Source of the DNA: the human T2T-CHM13v2.0 reference genome, Homo sapiens
Length of the DNA stretch: 64,000 nt
Direction: 5' to 3' (one strand)
Assembly (NCBI RefSeq): GCF_009914755.1
Contig: NC_060941.1
The notes beneath the pieces were generated by a model. The model saw only the letters and a list, made by a program, of their open reading frames with translations. It ran no database searches and had not been told where the DNA came from. The position numbers and the translations under genes were made by a program. Below, piece after piece: positions 1 through 30,745 of this stretch (the first letter of the stretch is position 1; the number at the start of each line of letters is the position of its first letter).

Positions 1-43
1 GTGGCAATCCGGGAAGGCTTCCCAAAAGAAATGACTTTTGAAG

Positions 44-569
44 TGTGATACCCTACTTTGTTTTAACCTGAGTGACTCTCTCCTAGCAGAGAGAGAGCCG
101 GACAGACTCCATTTTAGTTTCTCCACTGGCAGCCCCCTTTCACCTCCCTCCCTTAAGGCATAGCTAGTGTAAACTGACTCAAAGCACGTCCAGGAATGCA
201 CCTACTGATAAGATATTGAGGCAAGCTGCACCAGCAGCTCCTGGGGACGCGCTCGGTGGATGGCAAGCAAAACCCCTGCATTTATCTCTTTGTGATAGTT
301 TAAGCCCGTGCAATTGGAACTGTTTATATTTTGTAACTGCATTTGTAACCAATTAATTTTTCAACTTTTTGCCAGTTCTGCTTCTGTAAAAATTGCTTCA
401 GCTAAAATCCCCCCTCCCCTATTTAGACCACGGTATAAAAACAAAACTAGCCCCTTCCTCAGGGCCGAGAAAATTTTGGGCGCTAGCTGCCTCTCGGTTG
501 CCGGCTAATAAGGACTCTTTAATTTGTCTCAAAGTGTGGCGTTTCTCTGTAACTCGCTTGGTCACAATA
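44..569 (+). mobile_element. ERV1 solo LTR, LTR6A/LTR6B-like (HERVS71)
   Basis: Starts TGTGATACCCTAC, TATA-like GGTATAAAA ~431, 3' end GTCTCAAAGTGTGGCGTTTCTC...ACTCGC matches recalled LTR6 consensus; flanked by GAAG (40-43, 570-573) as 4-bp TSD. Confidence 0.75.
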
Positions 570-1096
570 GAAGCTGCTCCTAAAAGCAATGTAGACCCTT
601 ACAAAGAGACCAGCCCACCTAAATCCCTCCCTTGTTTGAACTCTAACAGTCCTAATATTTTAGACTTAGTAGTAGAACATATATGAACAATACAGTTCAT
701 TCCTGTGGCTTAGTCTAGCCTCCCCAGCGGGGTCACTCGTGGGATGCAAAAACCAGATTTGGTTACATATACAAATATACCTGGCACAGATGTGGGCGAG
801 GAATAATCAATTTATGCCTGACGGTGGATTCTGGGCCTCGGGAAGATGCCGTTAGCGGTACCCACAGGAGGGAACTGGAACAGGCAAGAGTAGCGGGACA
901 GGGCCGGGAATGGGGCACGCCGAGACCAAGAAGCCGACCGAGAGCAAGAAGGCCCAGTCATGCGCACCCGGCGCCTACATCCTCCTGCGGTCCCCCAGGC
1001 CTCTCCCCATAGGCATATGAGCTCTGCTCCACTCCTCGCTTGCCGGTGGACGCAGGCGCCGCGGCCGCCAGCTCTGTGAACGCAGCGGGGTCTCAC

Positions 1097-1240
1097 CTCC
1101 AGGCTACCCCCAACCTCCCGCTCGGTCGGGGGCCCCTCCACGGCCGCTATCACTGGGTCGCGGCTCCTAGCGCCACCATCTTGGACCCCGCGCCTGGGCC
1201 AGGCGAGAACTTCCGGTGCGCTCCCCGGGACTGCGGTCCC
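1097..1240 (-). other. ZNF594: Probable non-coding first exon of ZNF594 (gene continues off the left edge); TSS approximate
   Basis: Minus-strand donor GAG|GTGAGA at 1097/1096 within the CpG island; gene name from recalled gene order next to SCIMP, no zinc-finger coding sequence is in the window. Confidence 0.65.
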
Positions 1241-1399
1241 CCAGTCCGCGCCCCGCCCAGCCGTCCCCCGTCGGCTCCAGCCAATCCGCGCGCGCTCCCC
1301 TGGCCGTCTCCCACCGGATCAGGTGTCTCCTCTGCGCAGACTCCTCCACGACGCCAGTCGGCGCTGGCGTAGCTCGGCTCAGCCCGGCGGAGTCTGACT

Positions 1400-1512
1400 T
1401 CCGGAGGGCCAGCGGCGCGCTGGCTGGTTACCAAGGTTACCACCGAGAGGCCGCGTCCTCAGCTGGTCCTAGACATGCGTGGCGTCGGGGCTGTGGCACG
1501 GTCGGGTCCGGG
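1400..1512 (+). ncRNA. ZNF594-DT: Probable first exon of the ZNF594 divergent lncRNA, transcribed toward and antisense to SCIMP; TSS approximate
   Basis: Plus-strand donor GG|GTGAGT at 1512/1513 at the right edge of the CpG island; name from recalled annotation. Confidence 0.55.
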
Positions 1513-1516
1513 GTGA

Positions 1517-1841
<325 letters not shown>

Positions 1842-1909
1842 TGATGACTTCTATTTGCAATGCCCGGTCAAAGGCTAGGCGATACAGATCCCAACAAGGA
1901 CAGCTTAAT

Positions 1910-2120
1910 GTTTAAAAGTGTAAGTTCCGAAGTGAGAAAGTCAGACACTCAGAATCCTTGCCCCACCACTTAGGGGCTATGTGACTTTGAACAAGTTACC
2001 TATTAATAGCTTCTTCGCGCCTCCGTTGCTTCATTTGTAAAGTGAGGTAAATAATAGGACCGACCTCACTGACATATGTATGTGAAGTTTGCATGTGGCG
2101 AAGGCCAGATACATATTAGT
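1910..2120 (+). mobile_element. MIR fragment
   Basis: TGTGACTTTGAACAAGTTACCT...TCATTTGTAAAGTGAGGTAAATAATAG resembles MIR core. Confidence 0.7.
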
Positions 2121-2527
2121 TATTACTATGGAGATGATGTTGGTTCGCGTAGCGTAGGATCGTGGTAAGGGTTATATATGTATGTAAAGATGTAAGATGT
2201 CCAACCCCAAGCCTTTCCGAAGCAAAACTGTCAGTGCACTAGTCACTTTGGCTTCTCATATCTCTCTGTCCCAAACTTTGGGTTGCACGAATTATGCACG
2301 TTTCACTCTTGAATTTGTAAATGCAGCTACTACCAACTATTCCTTAATTTGCACAACTACATTTGAGATAGTATTTCATTGACTGTGTTACATTTTCATT
2401 GAAATACTGAGCCATGTCTCAAATAGACTTCAGTTATAGTTGCTTTTATAGTTCCTTTTGCTTTACCTCTCTTAATAAGAGTGCACTAATAGAAGTTACT
2501 CTTTGGAATTTAGAAATGGGTTTTTAA

Positions 2528-3197
<670 letters not shown>

Positions 3198-3218
3198 GGG
3201 TTTAAAAAAAATCGTACA

Positions 3219-3803
<585 letters not shown>

Positions 3804-4224
3804 TCAGGTTCCCTGAGAGTGCCTTGGGTTTTCCTCAACATTCACTGTATCACCAGTGCCCGGCACAGAGCCAGCACTCCATACATATTTGTAGAATGAA
3901 TAAATTACATAATGAATCCATGCTGCTGTCAGGGGTAGCATGTGAACTCTAAAGGAGATCAAAAAGAAGAGCTATTCTTTTTAAGACTAAAAAGCCAAAA
4001 TAACCACTTTTGGCAAGACTTATATATTTCTCAACAAAAAAATGCAGCTGCTGTCTTCCCCACACCCACTGCCTCCCATTTTCATTTTTCTGGCTTATGC
4101 AGATCTCAGTTCTTAAAATAAATTTTTTTAAACTTTATTTTGTTATTTTAAAAGTAGTATAAGAATTACAAGAAAACATTCGTACACATGTAAAATGGTT
4201 CTGACGACAACTAACCCTGACAGA

Positions 4225-5163
<939 letters not shown>

Positions 5164-5167
5164 CTCT

Positions 5168-5865
5168 TTACTGTCTTATGCGGTCACTCAACACAATACT
5201 TCTGACACCAGATGGGTGGGGGCTTTCTCCACATACTGAGCAATTCTCTAGCAGACACCAGATAGCTGTCCTCTAATTCAATTCAATCTGACACTATCTA
5301 CCTGGAGATAGTGTTAGATCCTGCAGTCCCACAAGACTACTGCCCACTTCAGATGCCAATTGTAAACTCTTGGCTGTGACCTGTATTTCTGACAAACTGG
5401 CTCTAAAGTGAGGTTCCCACAAATCCCTCCTAGGGTTTGCCAGGACAGCTCACAGAACTCAGGGAAACACCTTACTTATATTTACCCATTTATGATAAAG
5501 GATATTACAAAGGATATAGGTTAATAACCAGATGGAAGAGATGCATAGGGCAAGGTATGCAGAAAGGTGTGTGGCACTTCCATGCCCTCTCTGAGTGCCA
5601 TCCTCCAGGAACCATCCACCATCCTCCATGTGATCAGCTATCTGGAAGCTCCTAGAACTCTATCCTTTGGGGTTTTTATGAAGGCTTCATTACATAGGCA
5701 TGATTGATTAAATCATTGGCCATTGGTGATGAACTCAACCTTCAGCCCCTCTCCCTCCCCTCCCTTGGAGATCCTGCCTTGATCTTTTTGGCAACTAGCC
5801 CCCGTCCTGAAGTTATCTAGGGGCTCCCAGCCATCAGCCATCTCAGCAGCATACAAAAGACAGTT
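5168..5865 (-). mobile_element. MER21-family ERVL LTR
   Basis: AATTCAATTCAATCTGACACTATCTACCTGGAGATAGTG and CACAGAACTCAGGGAAACAC match recalled MER21 motifs. Confidence 0.7.
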
Positions 5866-6859
<994 letters not shown>

Positions 6860-7287
6860 TAAAGAGACATCTTAAATACGCCTTTATTTTTAGACAATAG
6901 AAAAATAAGCTTCCCATTATGCAAGAGTCCTATGGCCTTTGTGCTTTCCTACCCTGTGAACTAAGAGTCTAAATCTGTGAAAAGATGTCCATGAGGTAGA
7001 GTTGAATTAAAATAGCAGGTTGCAGAACAATATTTGTACCTCCTCACTTTCTTCTTTTCTGCCTCTCTCCCTTCCTTCTCTACTTCCACAAAAGTTGACT
7101 GAGCACCTATTGTGTGCTAATATATGCTAAGTTACTGGAAATGCAATGGTGAGCAAAGCAACACCAGTGTAGTCCCTGTGGATCTTATAGTCCCTCATTG
7201 ATGGACAGATAGGTTGGTTCCACCTTCTCATTATAACAAATAATACTACAAAGAACGTTTTATACATACACTTGAGTTTCTCTAGGG

Positions 7288-7867
<580 letters not shown>

Positions 7868-7934
7868 TCCCTCCATCATTTTTAAGTGCAATGGAGACCT
7901 GGTACCAAGTGGTTTGAGACTCACTGTTCTAGGG

Positions 7935-8247
7935 CAAGGGTCCCCATTGCCCGGGCCTGGACCAGTACAGTCTGTGGCCTGTTAGGAACCAGGCTGCACA
8001 GCAGGAAGTAAGTGGAGGGCAAGCGAGCATTACTTCCTGAGCTCTGCCTCCTGTTAGATCAGGGGCGGTATTACATTCTCATAGGAGCACGAACCTTATT
8101 GTGAACTGCACACATGAGGACTCTGGGTTGCACGCCTTTTACGAGAATGTAATGGCTGATGATCTGAAGTGGAGCAGTTTCATACCAAAACCATTCCCCC
8201 CTTTCCTCCCAACCCGTCCCTAGTGCCAAAAAGGTTGGGGACTGCTG
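7935..8247 (+). mobile_element. MER1B-like hAT DNA transposon
   Basis: CAAGGGTCCCC...GGCCTGTTAGGAACC...AAAAAGGTTGGGGACTGCTG termini; TTCTA-containing target duplication. Confidence 0.8.
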
Positions 8248-8359
8248 TTCTATGGTATCTATCCCGAAGTGGAGTTGCTGTGTTTTACAGTGTCCACAAT
8301 TTCAGTTTTACTAGGTGTTGCCAAATTGCTCTCCAAAGTGGCTGAAGCTAATTTATTAT

Positions 8360-9650
<1,291 letters not shown>

Positions 9651-10260
9651 TACATATCCTTGATGTTTTTGTCGTTGTTTTTCCCAAATCTCAAATTGTA
9701 AAGAATTGTGAAATTATTAGACTAGTAAAAGAAAAAAAAATAAAGTAGACTAGTGATACAATACAACAGTGAGTTGCTGTATGAAATGTTCATTTTCTTT
9801 TCTAAACAATACTGTGAAAAGCAGGGTCACATTTATCTTAAATGTTCTCAGAGGAAGTTTTTCTTGGTCACTGAGAATGGCTTTGTACAGTATCAACATT
9901 ACATGTATCGGAAAATTTATTTTTGTTTGGGGGCTCATTGGGGATAAAAGTGTACAAGTTATGCAAATAAACCTTTTTTAACATCAGGGGAATTTCATTA
10001 TTCTTAAATACTACCTTCTGCAATTTTTGTTAAAACCATGTTCCACTAACACCTAATTTGTAAAAAAAAAAAAAAAATACAGAGGGATCTAGTGTTAAAA
10101 CAACTTAAAGGCTGTTAGTTTATAGTTCACTTTGTAAATGAGAGTTTATTTTTACCAGTTTAGGGCTTTTTAAAATTATTCATAGAATATTTAATTGTTC
10201 AAGTGTAGCTGATCTAAAACTTTAATGGCATTAAATTTTGGCAATGGAATATGTTGATCA

Positions 10261-11670
<1,410 letters not shown>

Positions 11671-11684
11671 TAAGCCTGTATTGT

Positions 11685-13560
<1,876 letters not shown>

Positions 13561-13563
13561 GAA

Positions 13564-14545
<982 letters not shown>

Positions 14546-14626
14546 ACCCTGGGTATGTGGACCACTCCAGGCCAATGAGACATTAGGGAAAGTTGCTGGG
14601 GGCTCACCTCCCTAATAAAACGATAC

Positions 14627-14952
<326 letters not shown>

Positions 14953-15316
14953 TTATCATGTACAGATGCTTGGAGCTGTGGCAGCTATTTTGCCACCATG
15001 AGGATAAGGCTAAGCAATTTGAAATTAGTCCACACCCCTAAATTATGGAGCTGCTGAATTCTGGAGTGTTTACCTCTAGACTTCTTGCTTTGTGAAATTA
15101 TAAACTCCTCATTGTGTAAGTTATCTTTAGTTGGATAGTCTGTTCTTTGCAGCCTAAAGCATCCTATCGAATACACATGATTTGTAAAATTTGTTGTTGG
15201 TAATACCAGTGCATTTCCTGAAAACAATCTTGTTTGTATTGCAAAGAAGATCAGATAGTAATTATTATAAGGAAAACTATAATCCACTGATTTGTGGTAT
15301 GAGTAAAGCATCAGTT

Positions 15317-15610
15317 CTTTTTTTTTTTTCAAGACAGAGTCACTCTATCGCCCAGGCTGGGGCACAGTGGTGCGATTTCGGCTCACTGCAACCTCCACCT
15401 TCCAGCTTCAAGTGATTCTCCTGTCTCAGCTTCCTGAGTAGCTGGGATTACAGGCGCCCGCCACCATGCCCAGCTAATTTTAGTATTTTTAGTAGAGATG
15501 GGGTTTCACTATGTTGGCCAGGCTAGTCTCAAACTCCTGACCTCAAGTGATCCGCCTGCCTTGGCCTCCTAAAGTGCTGAGATTACAGGCATGAGCCACC
15601 GCACCTGGCC
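15317..15610 (-). mobile_element. Alu with TSD AAGCATCAGTTCTT
   Basis: Alu consensus; direct repeat on both sides. Confidence 0.97.
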
Positions 15611-15631
15611 AAGCATCAGTTCTTAAAACAG

Positions 15632-16114
15632 TTAAGGTGGCAGAACAGGAGTTCTTTCAAAATGATGATTTTCAGTATTTGTGGGTATTTCAACATCATC
15701 ATAGTCATCTTCAGGTTCAATATAGCTCAGGATGGAAACTATCTCCTTATTTCTTTTTTTTTTTTTTTTGAGACAGAGTCTCACTGTTGCCCAGGCTGGA
15801 GTGCAATGTCATGATCTTGGCTCATTGCAACTCTGCCTCCCAGATTCAAGCAATTCTCCTGCCTCAGCTTCCCAAGTAGCTGGAATTACAGGTGCCCGCC
15901 ACCATGCCCGGCTAATTTTTTGTATTGTTAGTAGACACGGGGTTTCACCATCTTGGCCAGGCTGGTCTCGAACTCCTGACCCCCGGTGATCCACCTGCCT
16001 CGGCCTCCCAAAGTGCTGGGATTCCAGGCGTGAGTCACTGCGCCCAGCCCTTATTTCTAACTTTATTTATTGATGAGTATGTATTCAATAGGTAACTTGG
16101 GGATTCCTGTGGTG
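15632..16114 (-). pseudogene. Duplicated SCIMP last coding exon, split by an Alu
   Basis: With Alu and one TSD removed it reads (S)[58 protein letters not shown]; ~81% nt identity (126/155 by hand) to 20162-20316; acceptor TCCAG| at 16115. Confidence 0.92.
15755..16049 (-). mobile_element. AluS-like element inside the duplicated exon
   Basis: Alu consensus; TSD CTTATTTCT at 15746-15754 and 16050-16058. Confidence 0.97.
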
Positions 16115-16499
16115 CTGGACTATACAAAAAGATCCTATTAAATCTTGATATATTTAAATCTCATCCAAACTGGTAACAATTTCCCTAGTAGAAAACTTGG
16201 CTTTATTATACGTTCCCAGTATAAAATCTCAGCCAAATTACACATGTCCAGAGGAAAAAAAATTGTTTTGTCAAACCAATTGGTAGATTTTCCATGAATG
16301 TTCAACAGTCAATAAATATTGCCTACCATGTGCCAGGTTTTGTGCTGGACATTGGGAATACAGCACTGAGACAATTTCCATCCCAAAGGAGCCCCCAGAT
16401 TAGAAAGGAGGATGGAAAGTAACCAGGTAATTATAATTATAATATATAATAATTATAATACAAAGGGAGAAGTATTTCCATAGGGCCAAGTATGGGAGC

Positions 16500-18080
<1,581 letters not shown>

Positions 18081-18453
18081 GAGGGGCCCACTGAGCTCAT
18101 GGACATTGGTGAGATCACTCGTGAGTGTTGGAGGCAGATGGGCAGAGACACAGGGACAGAACCTGAGGAAGACCAGCATTGAAGAGATGCTTCAGAAAGA
18201 GTGGGTGGCCCCAAAATGAGACGGAGACAGGAGGAGAACCAGGAGAGGGTGGCGTCCCAGAAACCAAGGAAGAATCAACATTTGTCTGGCATTTGTTTTT
18301 AACTTTTGTCATAGTCATGGAGGGTTTACAGAACATTTATAAGACGAAAGCATGTGTTTGAAACACTCCAATCCTTTGGCTTATTTTTGTTCTATAATTT
18401 GGGAAGAGTCCTCTCTTTGGCTGGTGGGATACCAGAGTCCCATAAGGCCATAG

Positions 18454-18843
<390 letters not shown>

Positions 18844-20161
18844 TGATTGAGGGAGAAAGCTTGAAAATGGGAGGAACACATTTTCCCATCTCTTGAGGGA
18901 AATCTGAGTCACTCTCAGGCCTTTCCAGGTTCACAGTGCTCTCTCTGCAAGGCTGTTCATTTGCCAGATTTCCCAGAGGTCACTTAGAAACCAGCATCTT
19001 GTGAGTATAGTTAGAATGAGTCAAGTCCTAGGGCTCTGGCGATCAGCTAGAAGGAATTGATGAGGTCTAAGAGCCTATAAAGCTGACTCGGGCCTTGTTG
19101 ACCCCATTAGGACACTTGTTTAACAAGACATCTGCCCATGTCCCTGGCCCATCTCATTGGCTGCAGCACATCACAGTGGACCTTCTGCCTCCTCCCAGAT
19201 GCCCAGGGACAGTGATCTGGAAGGAAGGGGCTTGAGGCTGTTTTCCTAGAACTCGAGTAAGTACTGATGAAAATGATGGACAGGGGATATTAAGCCCCCT
19301 GAACTCTCATCTTGTATATGCCATTGTTACATGCCCCTTTTCTTTCCTGTTCCCCATGATTTGTCCTGGGGGAAATGTATTTTTCCTGTAGCACCCCCAA
19401 CACACCTATTGCAAAATGATGCTTCTAGGTGTAAATCAGAAGGTAACTTTTGTCCTTTGTCCATTGTTACAGTACAACTTGCAAGCACGGGGAGAAAACC
19501 TAGGTGAAAACTCAAATCTCTATGGTCAATTTGGCCTACATCATATAAAGGCACTGGGGTTTGCAGGGTGTCTAGGTGGGGAGGGTTCACGAGAACAAAA
19601 GGTACTCCCTGCCCTTGCAAACTCGCGAGATGTGGTGTGGGAATCTGGGCACGAGAGCACTCAGCTGTAACTCACCCACAGCCTCACAGTGCAGGAGGTG
19701 GGTGGGGTGAGAGGGTAAAGACCAGCATGCTTGGTGAGGGCCTTGCTGGGGATGGGAGCCTGGGAGGGTCTGCACAACCAAATGCTGAGATTTAATATCA
19801 CTCAGAACCATGCAAACCAAAGGGAATGAAGGGGGAAAGAATGCCAAGAAATGAGTAGTTTCCCACAGGTGGGAGCCATGGAGCCCCGTGGTCCTTCCCA
19901 TGGAAAGTTTCCTCAACAGCACAAGGCTGACCCCTCTAAGTCCTCAGAGCCGAGCACCCATGTGTCTCCTCTGGCTGCAGTCATCCGATCGCAGGGGTGT
20001 CTTCATCTAAGGTTTGGGAAGTGCTTTATCTTATAGAGCTTCATAAAATCACCACTGGCTTTCAGGGCCCAGAGACCTACTGAAGTTCAACCATTCTTGA
20101 TTGTTTTAAAATAAGTTGTGTGAACCCTCTTCAGTTTTGCCAAAAAGAAGAAATGGCTGTT

Positions 20162-20316
20162 TCAAAATGATGCTTTTTCAGTATTTGCAGGGATTTCAAC
20201 ATCGTCATAGTCATCTTCAGGCTCAATGTAGCTTGGGATGGAAACAGTCTTCTTATTTTTAACTTTATTTACCAGTGAGTATGTAGCGGGCGGCTGACTT
20301 GGGGCTTCCTGTGGGG
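20162..20316 (-). CDS. SCIMP: SCIMP coding exon 5: (S)[50 protein letters not shown]
   Basis: Acceptor TTCTAG| at 20317, phase 1, TGA at 20162-20164. Confidence 0.97.
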
Positions 20317-20619
20317 CTAGAATACACAAAAAGCTCCTTAGATGCAAAGCTGTCATGTGTTTTTATATTTTTGAAGGCAGTGGCTCAGCGTGATTTTCAC
20401 GTTTCAGTGATCTTCCCACTTCTAGTGGGCCAGATCCCCATTTTACAGAGGAAATTTAGACACAGACCTGACAGAGCCTCAGGATCACCCAAGTGAGTAA
20501 CTGGAAAATATTAGTCAGACATCTTGACTCCCGTATCTTTCTGCCTAAGCCTGCACTGCATGGAAACCATGAAGCAAAAGCTTAGAAAAGAAACAGACCA
20601 GGTCAGGTGCAGAAGCTCA

Positions 20620-23267
<2,648 letters not shown>

Positions 23268-23280
23268 CTATAAATCCTAG

Positions 23281-23657
23281 TGTTACAGACTGAATGTTTG
23301 TGTCCCCCCAAAATTCAGGTGTTCAAGCCTTAACCCCCAGTGAGGCTATATGTGGCCATAGGGATGAGGCCTTGATCCAACAGGATCAGTGTCCTTGTAA
23401 GAAGAAACACCAGAAATCTGACTCCCTGATGCTCTTCCCCAGCTTGAATGCACCAAGGAAAGGCCATTTGTGGGGACATAGCAAGAAGGCAGCTGTCTGC
23501 AAGCCAGGAGGAGAACCCTCACCAGAAACCTCACAGAAATCGGCCAACACCCTCATCTCGGGCTTCCAGCTTCAGAACAACGAGAAAACAAATTTCTGTT
23601 GTGTAAGCACCCCAGTCTATGGTATTTTTGTTACAGCAGCCTGAGCTATCTAAGACA
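23281..23657 (+). mobile_element. MLT1B-like MaLR solo LTR
   Basis: TGTTACAGACTGAATGTTTGTGTCCCCCCAAAATTC ... GTTACAGCAGCCTGAGCTATCTAAGACA. Confidence 0.8.
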
Positions 23658-23666
23658 CCTTCATAG

Positions 23667-24282
<616 letters not shown>

Positions 24283-24316
24283 CTAAATGAAACTGCTACC
24301 AGTAAAATATACTTAC

Positions 24317-24390
24317 AAGAGTCTTCTAGAGAAGGCCAATTCCTCGGTGGCAGAGGCGGTAATTGAACTGGCGACTCATTAAGAACATTC
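24317..24390 (-). CDS. SCIMP: SCIMP coding exon 4: (E)NVLNESPVQLPPLPPRNWPSLEDS(S)
   Basis: Acceptor CTCTAG| at 24391, donor |GTAAGT at 24316, 74 nt, phases 2/1. Confidence 0.97.
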
Positions 24391-24631
24391 CTAGAGAGAG
24401 AGAAAGAGAGAGAATCAGTGTTTGGTTTGGGCCATGCCTGCTCCCAGCCGATTTAAGAGAAAACATCAAGGAAAGTGAATGGGTTGAACATTCAAATCTT
24501 GGTCTCTACTAATTGGAAGTATTTCCTTTCCTTTGTAGGTCCTGGTTCCCATTTGTAATTGGCACCCTAATGAAACCGTTTTCTGTAGCCCTGGAAATGG
24601 CTGAAAATGAGGGGAGGGAAATAAAGTGCTA

Positions 24632-26300
<1,669 letters not shown>

Positions 26301-26771
26301 TTTAACTAAAAGATAAACTCTAAGAAAACTTCCTTACTTGGGCCTCCATCCCCCTAGGTACACTGATTTGACTCCTATATGCTATAAAGTCCCCCTGAGA
26401 ATGAATAAACATTTTTAGGTTGTTAGGTTGAGTGCAGACGGGGACATGGGGGTAGAGCTCCACCGGCGGCTCTCACCATCCCTCTGTAGCTCTTCCTAAG
26501 AGAAGAAAGCAACTCATCTGACTGCTAAATTTGGGAAAAGTCTAGCTCCTCTCACTTTCTCCTCCAGAGCTGGCCTGACTGCAGAATTCACAAATCCTGC
26601 TCTGGTCTTTGCCATTCAGAAAAAGGGGTCTACTCGGTGGGGGAGACCTGAGGTTTTCCGGAGCTGCCTGTGAACTGGTTAGGAAAGTCACCCGGTTCCA
26701 AATTAGGAAACTCACTAGCTCACAGAAAAGAGCCACATTCTGCAATCCCAGTTTTATTCTTTTTTGTTTGC

Positions 26772-26772
<1 letters not shown>

Positions 26773-26804
<32 letters not shown>
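26773..26804. repeat. (TG)n microsatellite at the L1 tail
   Basis: ~16 TG units. Confidence 0.95.
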
Positions 26805-28315
<1,511 letters not shown>

Positions 28316-28317
28316 AA

Positions 28318-29505
<1,188 letters not shown>

Positions 29506-29693
29506 GATATTGGTCATAAAGCCCCAAATAGATCACAAAACACAAAAGTAAAGTGGATGGCATATTTTTCTTCAGCGCAGTAGCTTTTGGAAGACTATAT
29601 TTGGAATCCACCAAAAGAAAAGAAGTATAGACTGGGCGCTGGGCCCAGAACACAGAGCCCAACCTGTGACCTTTGTCAGAATAGATGAGAGTA

Positions 29694-30569
<876 letters not shown>

Positions 30570-30681
30570 CTACAGGAAATGCGGATGTCTCAGTCATACT
30601 GGTACGGTAGTGGAGGGGCAAGGGTGGAAGGGAACAGGCAGTTCTCAACAGTAAAAAGCGGAAGGATTCCCCCCTACTTAC

Positions 30682-30745
30682 TCATACATCTTTTCTTCAT
30701 CTACTTGCTTGTGTTTCAGGGGCTTGGCAATTTCCCATTTCTTGC
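30682..30745 (-). CDS. SCIMP: SCIMP coding exon 3: (G)KKWEIAKPLKHKQVDEEKMY(E)
   Basis: Acceptor CTCTTAG| at 30746, donor |GTAAGT at 30681, 64 nt, phases 1/2. Confidence 0.97.

Noticed and set aside
2371-2407. GTATTTCA...TGAAATAC inverted repeat
   Set aside because: Only 8 bp and AT-rich; expected by chance
14985-15332. Tyr-rich ORF in frame with the duplicated exon
   Set aside because: Separated from it by two stops and an Alu, and runs into a MaLR-like remnant; no coding evidence
20317-20356. N-terminal [14 protein letters not shown] of the track ORF 20162-20356
   Set aside because: Intronic, upstream of the exon 5 acceptor
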